Origin: an uncultured Planctomycetota bacterium
GTDB lineage: Bacteria; Planctomycetota; Planctomycetia; Gemmatales; Gemmataceae
Assembly (NCBI GenBank): GCA_963849325.1
Contig: CAWKHF010000009.1
Coordinates: forward strand, 128,001-192,000
DNA length: 64,000 nt
Direction of reading: 5' to 3'
In this document: one piece after another, positions 30,218 to 40,000 of the stretch
Numbering within the stretch: the stretch's first letter is position 1
Layout of the letters: the number at the start of each line of letters is the position of its first letter
Notes under the pieces: model-generated
The model's input: only the letters and a program-made list of their open reading frames with translations
What the model was told of the DNA's origin: nothing
The model's database searches: none
Made by a program: the position numbers and the translations under genes

Positions 30218-31765
30218 TCAAAGCTCTCGCATGAACGCGACCAGGTCCGCTTTCTCTTCCTTGGTCAGCTTCAGCTCCAGAACGAGATTGAAGAACTCAA
30301 CCGTGTCTTCCAGGGTCAGACAGCGACCATCGTGCAGATAAGGCGGGCTGTCTTTGATACCGCGCAAGGTAAAGGTTTTGATCGGTCCCCCCGGTGCATC
30401 CGCAACGAACCGCTCGACATGAAGGTCGTGCATCTGATTGTCCAGATAGAACGGCGCGGGATGGCAGACGGAACACTGCGCCTTGCCGAAAAAGAGCTTT
30501 TCGCCCCGCAGCTCGCTCTCCGTCGCCTTGTTGCGGTTGAGGCGGCCGAGGATGGTCAGCTTGGGAGCCGGCGGCCAGTCGAACATCATCTGCACGCGCT
30601 CCATGCGCACGGCCTGTTCCGGCAAAAGAAGGAAAGCTCCCTTCTTCTCGGCGTGCATCTGATCACCGTTGAAGTAGGCGGCTCGCGGCTGCTCGAATTC
30701 GCTGAAATCCTTGACGGAGCGAATGCTCCGCTTGGACCCGTGGATCTGCTGATTGTACAGGCCGCGCAGGCTCGGCGTGTCCAGACGCAGACGGCGCTGC
30801 TGCGGCCGATTGTCCGGGTTCAGCTCGATCTGTCCCGCTGTGTGGCCGTTGACGTGACAATCGAGGCAGGTCACGCCCTGCGTTGGCTCCTTACTCTTGC
30901 GATCATCGGTGGCGTTGAACTCCTCCTGCGGCATCGGCGTCAACAGCAGCCGTAAACCGTCCAGCTCAATCGGCGTCAGGATGCCTTTGAACAGTCGATC
31001 AAAATTGTTGATGGAGACGACCTCGCCGCGCGACACGTCGCCCAGTTCCGGCCGGTTTTGCAAAAACATCGCCGGCGGAAATTCCGGCAGAAATTCTTCG
31101 GGCAGATCGAAATCCACGTCGAACCGCTCCAGCCGTGGAAACATGGCGATCTGCATTTTCGGAAACACCATGCCGCCGGGCGTGTGCTTGGGATGGGGTA
31201 GAGACGGGTACGGGAAGATGCCGGCTTTGCGGATCTCGGCGGGACTCATGTCCGCCAGCTTGGTCCAGGTCACGTCCTCGGGAAGTCGAGCGGTCGGTCC
31301 GACGGCCAGCGGCTTACCGCGCGACATCCGCGCCGAGGCGTCGAGCTTCGGTTTCAGGTTGTAACGCTTCTCCAGCAGCTTCCGTTGAGCCGTCATCACC
31401 TTCGACTTTTGGCCAACGTCCTCCTTGTAGATCTCCTCGAACGTCTGCATCGGCTTCTTGGCGCCGAGGGGGTCGCGGGAAAAATCGAAGCCGAGGAACT
31501 TCCCCTCTTCGGGCTGGTCCTTCAACACGGTGGAGGAAGGCTGCGCATTGGCCGGGTCAAAGACATCGGAGCTATCGTGCTTCGACTTCTCCTGCTCTGG
31601 ACGCTCCGCTCTCACGTCGCGCGGCCGCTGAGCCTCGGCGATGGCATCGCGTGGGGGGCGAGTGGGTGATTTTTTCTGGGCCTCCTGGGAATAAACGATT
31701 AGCCCCGTGAGGCCCAGGACAGCGACGAGCGCGGTGAGCGCCCAGCGTTTTTCGATCCTTTTCAT
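30218..31765 (-). CDS. Exported diheme c-type cytochrome (cytochrome c peroxidase/MauG-like superfamily)
   Basis: N-terminal signal/TM; CLDCH and CSVCH; DTPSLRG, G..LF.GKA.C..CH, KTFTLRG...SPPYLHDG. Confidence 0.85.
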   Translation of the reverse strand: MKRIEKRWALTALVAVLGLTGLIVYSQEAQKKSPTRPPRDAIAEAQRPRDVRAERPEQEKSKHDSSDVFDPANAQPSSTVLKDQPEEGKFLGFDFSRDPLGAKKPMQTFEEIYKEDVGQKSKVMTAQRKLLEKRYNLKPKLDASARMSRGKPLAVGPTARLPEDVTWTKLADMSPAEIRKAGIFPYPSLPHPKHTPGGMVFPKMQIAMFPRLERFDVDFDLPEEFLPEFPPAMFLQNRPELGDVSRGEVVSINNFDRLFKGILTPIELDGLRLLLTPMPQEEFNATDDRKSKEPTQGVTCLDCHVNGHTAGQIELNPDNRPQQRRLRLDTPSLRGLYNQQIHGSKRSIRSVKDFSEFEQPRAAYFNGDQMHAEKKGAFLLLPEQAVRMERVQMMFDWPPAPKLTILGRLNRNKATESELRGEKLFFGKAQCSVCHPAPFYLDNQMHDLHVERFVADAPGGPIKTFTLRGIKDSPPYLHDGRCLTLEDTVEFFNLVLELKLTKEEKADLVAFMREL

Positions 31766-31827
31766 GACAGGTTCTCGTTCGGCTCCGATGAGGGAAGGAG
31801 ATCGTTTGGGTTCCTCTCAGCTTTTTT

Positions 31828-32250
31828 TCAGCGCGCGGTGGGATCTTGGCCGATAGTGCTGTCGCCGTGATGTCTGCCTCCGGGAGCGATGCCGTGGCGC
31901 TGATGCCCGCCGGAAGCGCGGCCCTGAGCGATGGCGCCGCCCGCGGCGCCGCCGGCGTGTCCGGCGTAAGGGGGACCACCCTCCTCGCTGTCCTCGCCGC
32001 GCGCGTCACTGCCCATCGCGCGATCGAGGTTGGCACCCGCCGGGTCTCCATCGTCGATATTGGTGCCGGCTAGGCCGCCAACCTCGGTGCCGCCGCCGGG
32101 AGTGCCCACGGCTTCTTCTCCTGAGGGCGTCCGATCCGGTGTCTCGCCGGGTCGCAGGTCGTGGTCGGAGGCGGCCTTGGTTGCGCCCGGAGGTACGGGG
32201 TCGGTCTTTTCCTTGTCCTTGCGACGCGGACTTTTTCGTGTACTCGCCAT
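31828..32250 (-). CDS. Gly/Asp/Ala-rich hydrophilic hypothetical protein
   Basis: AGGAGG RBS before MASTRKSP; GTPGGG, YAGHAGGA.GG motifs; own sigma54 box. Confidence 0.7.
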   Translation of the reverse strand: MASTRKSPRRKDKEKTDPVPPGATKAASDHDLRPGETPDRTPSGEEAVGTPGGGTEVGGLAGTNIDDGDPAGANLDRAMGSDARGEDSEEGGPPYAGHAGGAAGGAIAQGRASGGHQRHGIAPGGRHHGDSTIGQDPTAR

Positions 32251-32324
32251 GTTGTCCTCCTGGAAGAATCGCATTCTCGTTGGCACGTCGGGGTAGCGCT
32301 CTCTCGCGTGCAGAGATTTCGGAG

Positions 32325-32339
32325 GCAAATGTTGTACCA
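32325..32339 (-). promoter_or_regulatory. sigma54 -24/-12 promoter
   Basis: Minus strand TGGTAC-aacat-TTGC. Confidence 0.78.
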
Positions 32340-32358
32340 CCCCTCGGAGACCAAAAGG

Positions 32359-32373
32359 AGGCGCGTGATTTGC
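32359..32373 (+). promoter_or_regulatory. Probable sigma54 promoter, divergent partner
   Basis: AGGCGC-gtgat-TTGCA upstream of the HAD gene. Confidence 0.6.
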
Positions 32374-32430
32374 AAATAAAAGCAAGCGGTGCCGCTGGAC
32401 GGCGCGGGAGACAAGCAAGCTGGAGGTCTC

Positions 32431-33149
32431 ATGCCATCATCGAATGCAAAGGAAAACGCCGCACGAGAATCCGAGGAGGGCGGCGGACTGGCTTTCCTAC
32501 TCGATCTCGATGGAACATTGGTGGACAGCGTTTACCTGCACGTCTTGGCATGGCAGGAGGCTTTCCGAAAGGGAGACCTGGAGCTACCTGCCTGGCGCAT
32601 CCATCGGCGGATCGGCATGAGCGGCGCTCTGCTGGTCCGGGCGATCCTGCGTGAAAGCGGACGGGACGTGAATGAGGAGGAGGTCAAGCGCTTCGAGGAA
32701 CGGCACGGAGAAGCGTATGGCCGCCGGATGGCGGAGGTAAAGCTGTTGCCGGGCGCGCGCGAGTTGCTCGCCGAATTATCGCGGCTGAAGCTGCGCTGGG
32801 CCATCGTCACCAGCAGTCGGCCGGAAAAGGCGAAGCACGCCCTGGAGATGCTGGGCGTCGGTCCCGACGATCCCGTCGTGACGCGCGGCGATGTGCAGTG
32901 CGCCAAACCCGAACCGGACGCCTTCCTCGCCGGCGCCCACCGTCTCGGCGTGAACATCCGCGATTGCGCCTGCATCGGCGATAGCGTGTGGGATCTGCTG
33001 TCCGCCCAGCGGGCGCGGCGCTGGGCGTAGGCATGTTGACCGGCGGTTATGGCCGCGAGGAACTGGAACGTGCCGGCGCCTACCGCGTCTATGAAGGTCC
33101 CGGTGACCTGCTGCAACACCTGGACGAACTGGGCGTGCGGCGCGAGTAA
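32431..33149 (+). CDS. HAD-superfamily hydrolase; frameshift near 33020
   Basis: LDLDGTLVDS, IVTSS, KPEPD, IGDSVWDL; C-terminus GMLTGGY..EEL..AGA in a shifted frame. Confidence 0.9.
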
Positions 33150-33221
33150 CGCAGAAGGGCGGCATCCTCTTTGCTCATCCTTGTGGGTAATGACCAACAA
33201 TCCTTCTTCCGCGAGGCAGTC

Positions 33222-33563
33222 ATGGGCGACACGAGTGTGACGAAGATTCAATCGAAGCATTCCCCACGAGGACAGATGGGGCAGAAGCATCTCGCCATCG
33301 GCATTCACCTCGGCATGCGTCTGTGGGAGAGAGAGCAGCCCGGCGACGGCAAGGCGCCAACCTCCCGCGATTACGAGACGGTCGGCTATGTCATTGAGGG
33401 ACGTGCCGAACTGCACATCGAGGGGCAAATGGTCCTGCTGGAGCCGGGCGACAGCTGGGTGGTGCCCCGGGGGGCCAAACATACGTACAAGGTCCTCGAA
33501 CCCTTCACGGCCGTGGAGGCGACCTGTCCGCCCGCCGTCATCCACGGACGCGATCAGACGTGA
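33222..33563 (+). CDS. Cupin domain protein
   Basis: MRLWE.E.PG, YETVGYVIEGRAEL, PGDSWVVP.G..H. Confidence 0.88.
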   Translation: MGDTSVTKIQSKHSPRGQMGQKHLAIGIHLGMRLWEREQPGDGKAPTSRDYETVGYVIEGRAELHIEGQMVLLEPGDSWVVPRGAKHTYKVLEPFTAVEATCPPAVIHGRDQT

Positions 33564-33585
33564 AGGCGCGACCGGGAAAGGCCGC

Positions 33586-34507
33586 TCATACGGCCACAAT
33601 CTTCTTGTGGCAGCGCCAGGCCATCCAGTACGGCGTGAGACGATCCACGAAGACGCGCGGCTTGTCCTGGTAGAGTTGTTCGCCTAACAAGTGAGCTTTC
33701 CGTTGTAGCTCCTGCCGTCGCCGCTCGGCATGGTCCAGGAGCGGCCCTACGACGGCATCGCCGCCGAACCGTTCTCGGTCCTCCTCGACCCTTTGACGCA
33801 GCATCGCCAGGTCGTGATCGTCGCCCAGGTAATCGCTGAGGTCGTGAAGCTGGTCGGCCAGGGGTTGTAGCATCGTGGGACAAATCGGTTGCAGGATCTG
33901 GAATTGATGCCAGAGATATTTCGTTTGCTTCCGCCACTCGTGCAGTTTTTCCACGGAGGCCTGCGCCGTCGCCTCGGCGAACGCCTCGCGGCCGCGCTTG
34001 TACATTCCTTGTAACCCGGCGCAGCGGTGCCCAATCGTCCTCCATTGTCCAGTCGTTCAAACGGTCGCGCGCTACCGCGATGCGGACCCCTACTTCGGCA
34101 AAGGCGTCGCGCTCGTCGAACATTTGCCGATGTACTTCGGCATCATGGTCGAGCAAACCCTGCCGGGCTTTGTGGAACTTGTGCGGAGACGCCTCCTCCG
34201 CGAAGGAGCCGAGGAGTTCGTCGAAGACCTGGACCTGTACCGAGGCGTCGCGCACGATGGTCAAGGGCTTGCCGGCGGCACGGAAACAGGCGTTTTCCCG
34301 CTGGTAGACGCGAGAACCAAGGTCGGGGCGGACAAGGCGCAAAACGGCCCGAATTTTCTTGAATCGCTTCCGCGCATCGTGGACCGTCTCATCCTGGTCG
34401 CCCTCGACCAGGCCGGACAATCGTTCCAGCGCCTGGTCGATCTCGTTCCGCACAATCCGCTTGATGCCGCGCGGTACGGACTCGCCCTTTTGGAGTTGAA
34501 AAGACAA
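33586..34507 (-). CDS. CHAD domain (polyphosphate-binding) protein; frameshift near 34010
   Basis: TTG start with GGAGG RBS; VHDARKRFKKIRA.LRL, RDA.V, LHEWRK..KYL, LG.DHDL. Confidence 0.88.
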
Positions 34508-34623
34508 GCATCCCTCCGGGACAGTTGCAAGCGGGGCAGGGTGAGGGTCGCTCCTCGCTCTAATAATCATTTAACGATGCAAAAAGTGCTCTTCTCGGTC
34601 CCGTCAGCATTATTATGTAGAAT

Positions 34624-34638
34624 GCAAAAGAAGTGCCG
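34624..34638 (-). promoter_or_regulatory. sigma54 -24/-12 promoter (CHAD)
   Basis: Minus strand CGGCAC-ttctt-TTGCA. Confidence 0.82.
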
Positions 34639-34688
34639 CCCCCGTATCGCCACGGGGAAAGATTTCTGGACCGTCCCCCGAAGGACGG

Positions 34689-34703
34689 CGGCATTTCTTT
34701 TGC
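34689..34703 (+). promoter_or_regulatory. sigma54 -24/-12 promoter (CBS)
   Basis: CGGCAT-ttctt-TTGCA, nearly identical to the divergent site. Confidence 0.82.
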
Positions 34704-34762
34704 ACCCACTCCTTTGAAGAAAGAACCCCGGCTACAACCTGAAAGAGTGAGAGGAGACGATC

Positions 34763-35185
34763 ATGCAAGTTCGAGACGTTATGTCACGCGACGTTCAGGT
34801 GACGCAACCGCATGCGACCCTGCGCGAGGCCGCCGACATGATGAAGCGCCTGGACGTCGGCCCCCTGCCGGTCTGCGACGGGGACCGACTCGTGGGCATC
34901 ATCACCGACCGGGACATCACGGTGCGAGCCGTGGCCGAGGGGCAGGACTGCTTCGAGGGCCGAGTCCGCAACGTCATGAGCACCGACCTGGCCTACTGCT
35001 ACGAGGACGACGACATCACCGTGGCAACCCGTCTGATGAGGGAAAAGCAGGTGCGCCGTTTACCGGTACTCAACCGCGACAAGCGACTGGCCGGCATCCT
35101 CACGCTCGGCGACGTGGCCCTGAATACCGGCGACACGCACACGTCGGGTAAAACCCTGCAAGCGGTTTCCGAGCCGACGCCGTAA
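34763..35185 (+). CDS. CBS-pair domain protein
   Basis: V.DVMS, GPLPVCDG.RLVGIITDRDI, VRRLPVL...L.GILTLGD. Confidence 0.93.
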   Translation: MQVRDVMSRDVQVTQPHATLREAADMMKRLDVGPLPVCDGDRLVGIITDRDITVRAVAEGQDCFEGRVRNVMSTDLAYCYEDDDITVATRLMREKQVRRLPVLNRDKRLAGILTLGDVALNTGDTHTSGKTLQAVSEPTP

Positions 35186-35197
35186 CGAAAAATCTTC

Positions 35198-35262
35198 GTT
35201 TAGCCGCGACGCGCAGCGGAGCGCGGGACGCTCCCGCGCTCCGCTGCGCGTCGCGGCTAAAC
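35198..35262. repeat. Palindromic repeat family A
   Basis: GTTTAGCCGCGACGCGCAGCGGAGCGCGGGA-cgc-TCCCGCGCTCCGCTGCGCGTCGCGGCTAAAC. Confidence 0.93.
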
Positions 35263-35284
35263 GAGCCGTCTCGGGAGAATCGTA

Positions 35285-35563
35285 ATGAACCATCCACCGA
35301 CCGTTCCCCGCCGGCGCGAGACCTTTTTGGCACTGGTCCTCGCCGTCGCGCTGGCCAGTATGGTAACTCTCTTCTTCCTGTTGGTCAGCGGGCAATACTT
35401 TTTCGCGGTGCTGGCCGTGCTGGGTGGTCTCCTTCTTCTTGGCTGCCTTCAGTACCTCCTCTGGGGCCGGCCAATGGGTCGTAAGGAGACGCATCCAATG
35501 CCGCGTAATCCTCGGGCCGAGGCGCCCGCACCCACTTTGCCCAGATCGCCGGACCTTCCTTGA
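35285..35563 (+). CDS. Small two-TM membrane protein
   Basis: GGAGA RBS; two hydrophobic segments followed by YLLWGR. Confidence 0.6.
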   Translation: MNHPPTVPRRRETFLALVLAVALASMVTLFFLLVSGQYFFAVLAVLGGLLLLGCLQYLLWGRPMGRKETHPMPRNPRAEAPAPTLPRSPDLP

Positions 35564-35585
35564 ACTTCCACGGAGAGGCATCCGT

Positions 35586-36923
35586 ATGAACCGGACGAGA
35601 CGATTTTCGTCCCCTTCTGTTGAGAAGGCACTGATCGTTCACGTGCGGGAACGGACCCTGCCGCTGCGGACGGCGGACGACCTCGACCCTCTGCTGGAGC
35701 GCATCGGCGACGCCCACTATGTTTTGCTCGGCGAGGCTTCGCACGGCACGGCGGAATACTACACCTGGCGGACGCGCCTTTCGCAGCGACTGATCCGTGA
35801 GAAGGGGTTCTCTTTCCTCGCCGTCGAGGGCGACTGGCCCGATTGCTACCAGGTCAACCGCTACGTCAAGCGCCTACCCGATTCGGGCGCGAATGCCCGC
35901 GACGTACTGCACGCCTTCGAGCGCTGGCCGACCTGGATGTGGGCCAACGAGGAAATCGTCGCCTTGGTCGAGTGGCTCCGGCGACACAACGACCTGCTGC
36001 CCCCGGACAGGAAGGTCGGCTTCTACGGACTGGACGTGTACAGCCTGTGGGAGTCGCTGTATGCCATCCTCTCTTATCTCCAGCGGGTAGACCCGTCCAC
36101 GCTGCCGGCCGCCTGGAAGGCGTTTCGTTGCTTCGAGCCGTATGGCGAGGACGTGCAGCGTTATGCGCGGGCCACCGTACTGGTGCCTACGTCCTGCGCC
36201 GAGGAAGTCGTCGGCCTGTTGGGCCAGTTGCGCCGCAAGGCGCGGGAGTACCGCCAGGACGGCCGGGAGAGCTACTTCCAGGCGGAGCAGAACGCTCTGG
36301 TCGTCCAGAACGCCGAGTCGTACTACCGGGCGATGGTGCGTGGCGGGCCGGAGTCGTGGAACATCCGCGATCGCCACATGACCGAGACCCTGGAGCGGCT
36401 CATGCGCCATCATGGGCCGGATGCCAAGGCGATCGTCTGGGAGCACAACACGCACATCGGCGATGCCCGCTTCACCGACATGGCCGAGGACGACATGGTG
36501 AACGTCGGCCAGCTCATCCGCGAAGGGCACGGGGAGGAGGGCGTGGTACTCGTCGGTTTCGGCAGCCATCACGGCAGCGTCATCGCCGGCGACGAATGGG
36601 ACGCGCCGATGGAGCGAATGACGGTCCCGCCGGCGCGAGCGGGCAGCTGGGAGTCCGTCCTGCACGCGGCCGGGGCGGACGACAAATTACTCCTCTTCTC
36701 CTCCGCGGACTCGTCGGGTCCGATGTCCGAGCGGCGCGGCCATCGCGCCATCGGGGTCGTATATCATCCCAAGTATGAACATCTCGGCAATTATGTGCCG
36801 ACGGTACTGCCGCGCCGTTACGATGCCCTCCTTTACCTCGACGAAACGGAGGCCCTGCATCCGCTGCATTTGGTCCCCCGTGTCGAAGGAGAGCTGCCGG
36901 AAACGTATCCGTCCGGCGTGTGA
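35586..36923 (+). CDS. Erythromycin esterase family protein
   Basis: LLGEASHGT.EYY, AVEGDWPD, WPTWMWAN, FYGLDVYS, WN.RD.HM, WEHNTHIGD, RAIGVVY. Confidence 0.9.
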   Translation: MNRTRRFSSPSVEKALIVHVRERTLPLRTADDLDPLLERIGDAHYVLLGEASHGTAEYYTWRTRLSQRLIREKGFSFLAVEGDWPDCYQVNRYVKRLPDSGANARDVLHAFERWPTWMWANEEIVALVEWLRRHNDLLPPDRKVGFYGLDVYSLWESLYAILSYLQRVDPSTLPAAWKAFRCFEPYGEDVQRYARATVLVPTSCAEEVVGLLGQLRRKAREYRQDGRESYFQAEQNALVVQNAESYYRAMVRGGPESWNIRDRHMTETLERLMRHHGPDAKAIVWEHNTHIGDARFTDMAEDDMVNVGQLIREGHGEEGVVLVGFGSHHGSVIAGDEWDAPMERMTVPPARAGSWESVLHAAGADDKLLLFSSADSSGPMSERRGHRAIGVVYHPKYEHLGNYVPTVLPRRYDALLYLDETEALHPLHLVPRVEGELPETYPSGV

Positions 36924-36941
36924 GCCGAGCAAGGGCGAGAC

Positions 36942-36980
36942 GATACCGGCACCCGGCGCATGGCGCCGGGTGCCGGCATC
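36942..36980. terminator. GC-rich hairpin after the esterase gene, overlapping the next promoter
   Basis: GATACCGGCACCCGGCGC-atg-GCGCCGGGTGCCGGCATC followed by TTGTTT. Confidence 0.55.
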
Positions 36981-36988
36981 TTGTTTGC
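36974..36988 (+). promoter_or_regulatory. sigma54 -24/-12 promoter (cyclic glucan synthase)
   Basis: CGGCAT-cttgt-TTGCT ~70 bp before ATG 37061. Confidence 0.8.
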
Positions 36989-37060
36989 TATGTGGACGCG
37001 AGCTGCCGAGTTGGAGCTGCGCACGGAGGTCAACCGCGGCGCATGGAGAGTGATGCATTT

Positions 37061-40000
37061 ATGAGCACCTTTACACTTGAGCAGGCGGCCCCGTCTTCTT
37101 CGCCCTCTTCCCCCCAGCCCATCCCTTCCGCCTGGCATCCCGACAGTCGCGATTCCATCCGCGGCGAATCGTGCGGCTTTGAAGCCCTCGACCTGCAAGC
37201 TCGCCTCCTAGCGGGAGCGTGCCGGACGGCCCCGCGCACGCCGACGGAAGGCCCGCTCTTGCAACAGCTGGCCCGCAACGGCCGGCTCCTCGTCGAAGCG
37301 TATCGGCGCATCGCCGAAGCGGCGGGGCGGAATGCGACCCTGACGCCCGACGCCGAATGGCTGCTGGATAATTTTTACATCGTCGAGGAAGTGCTGCGCG
37401 AAGTGCGCCACGACCTGCCGCGCGGCTATTACAAGAAGCTGCCCAAGCTGACGGGCAGTTCGCTGGCCGGCTACCCGCGCGTCTACGCCCTGGCCCTGGC
37501 CCTCATCGCCCACACCGACAGCAACCTCGACGAGGCCCACATCACCTACTTCGTGCAGGCTTTCCAGACGGTCGCTCCCCTGACCATCGGCGAGCTGTGG
37601 GCGGTGCCGACGATGCTGCGGCTGGGGCTGATCGAGAACCTGTGCCGGCTGTCCGAACACATGCGGCGCGTCTGGGACGAACGGCGACGCGCCGAGTCCT
37701 GGGTCGAGCCGCTGTTGCGACCCGGGCAGGTGGAGGGGGAATGCGGTCCCTCCACCCTCCACCCTCCACCCTCCACCCTCCTTCGGCGACGCCTTCGTGG
37801 TCCGCGCTCTGCAGGTGCTGCGCCAGGAAGGCCGGCCGGCCGCCCTCGAACAGGTCGAGGCCCACCTGTCGCGCGCGGGCTGAACGTCAACGACATTGTC
37901 CGCCGCGAGAACCAGCGGCAGGCCATCAACCAGGTCTCGGTCGGCAACTGCATGACCAGCCTGCGTCTGCTGTCCGCGCTGGACTGGAACGTCTTCTTCG
38001 AGCGCACCAACCTCGTCGAGCCGATACTGCGTCAGGATCCGGCCGGCGCCTACGCCCGCCAGGACTTCGCCACGCGCGACCGTTACCGGCAGGTCATCGA
38101 GAGGCTGGCTCGCGGCTCGGACTTGGAGGAAGTCGAGATCGCTCGGCGGCTCGTGCAACGTGCCCAAACGGGTGGAGGGTGGAGGGTGGAGGGTGGAGGG
38201 ACCCATTCACCCTCCACCCTCCACCCTCCACCCTCCACCCTCCAGCCGCGCCATCACGTCGGCTATTACCTCATCGGGCCGGGCAAAGTGGAGTTTCAGG
38301 CTGAGTTGCGTTATCGGCCGGGCGTCGGCGAACGCCTGCTCAACGCCGTCCTCCATCATCCGGGCACCGTTTACTTCGGTTCGATCGCCAGCCTCCTGGT
38401 CCTCTTCCTGGCCCTGCTGCTCGGCGTGGGAATGATGACGGCCGAGACCGTCCATGCGTGGGTGTGGTTGCTCGTTGGTCTGGCGGCACTCTTGCCGATG
38501 AGTGAACTGGCGGTGGGGCTGACGAATTATCTGCTGACCCTAGTGCTGCCGCCGCGGACGCTGCCCAAGCTGGAGTTCAAGGAAGGCATTCCCGAGGAGT
38601 GCGCCACCTTCATCGTCATGCCCAGTATGCTCGTCCGCCCCGAGAGCGCGGCATCGTTGATGGAGAAATTGGAGATCCACTATCTCGCCAATCCCGACCC
38701 GCAGCTGCGTTTCGCCCTGCTGACGGACTTCGCCGACGCGCCGACCGAACATCGGCCGGAAGACGAGGGCCATGTCCGCGACGCCCTCGAGCGTATCGCC
38801 GACCTCAACCGCCGTTACGCCCCCGACGGCCCGCCGCGCTTTTTCCTGTTCCACCGCCGACGCCAGTGGAACCCGTCGGAGGGATGCTGGATGGGCTGGG
38901 AACGCAAGCGCGGGAAGCTGGATGAGTTCAACCGGCTGCTCCGCGGCGTCCGCGACACCAGTTACACGGTACAGAGCAGTGAGCTGGATTCGCTGCCGTA
39001 CATCCGTTACGTCCTCACGCTGGATCTCGATACGCAGCTGCCGCACGAAAGCGCCCGGCGACTGGTGGGCACGCTCGCCCATCCGCTCAACCAGGCTCGC
39101 TTCGATCCCGCCCGAGGGCGCGTCGTCGAAGGTTATGCGATCTTGCAGCCGCGCATCAGCTTCCACATGCCGGCAGCGAACCGCTCGCGCTTCACGCGCC
39201 TGTGGGCTGGCTCGGCGGGCGTCGATCCGTACTCGGCGGCGGTGTCGGACATTTATCAGGATCTGTTCGGCGCCGGCAGCTTCACGGGCAAAGGCATCTA
39301 CGACGTGGATGCCTTCGAGGCGGCCACCGGCGATACCTTCCCCGACAACCACATCCTCAGTCACGATCTCATCGAGGGCAACTACGCGCGCTGCGGCCTG
39401 GTCACGGACATCGAGTTGTTTGACGATTTCCCCGTGCGTTACCACGTCTATGCTCGGCGCGAACATCGCTGGGTCCGCGGCGACTGGCAGCTGTTGCCCT
39501 GGCTGGGGCGTAAGGTGCCGGCGCAGGCGAGCGGGGGGCGTCAGCCCCCTGTTGCTCCCAACAGGGGGCTGACGCCCCCGCTCGCCGGCCCAACCCGCTG
39601 CCGCTGTTGGAGCGCTGGAAAGTCTTCGACAACCTGCGGCGCAGCCTGGTGCCGCCGGCGCTGGTGGTCTGGCTGGTGCTGGGCTGGACCGTGCTGCCCT
39701 TGTCGCCGGGGTTGTCCTCCAGTCTGGCCTTGCTGGTGCTGGCCCTGCCGCTGTTGCAACAGGTCTCCGGGGCGCTGATCCACTCCGCGAAGGACCGATC
39801 GCTGGCCGGCTTGCGCGATCTGGTCCGCAATGGCTGGATCACCGCCGCCCAGGTGCTGATGAATGCCGTCGTCCTGTTGCACCAGGCTTACCTGAGTGTG
39901 GACGCCATCGTGCGCACGCTGACGCGGCTGTGGGCGACGCGGCGACGGTTGCTGGAATGGGAGACGGCGGCGTCGGCGGATCGCCGTCTGGGGGCGAGCC

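Noticed and set aside
12928-35262. Family A palindromes as CRISPR repeats
   Set aside because: Copies are kilobases apart, are ~60-bp hairpins with no repeat-spacer periodicity, and no cas genes are present.
35586-36923. Macrolide resistance gene (ere)
   Set aside because: The family is broad and this copy sits among stress genes with no integron or resistance context; activity cannot be inferred.
38170-38244. Telomere-like or G-quadruplex regulatory element
   Set aside because: (GGGTGGA)n could form G4, but it is paired with its own inverted copy inside a CDS and matches a dispersed heptamer family; nothing supports a separate function.
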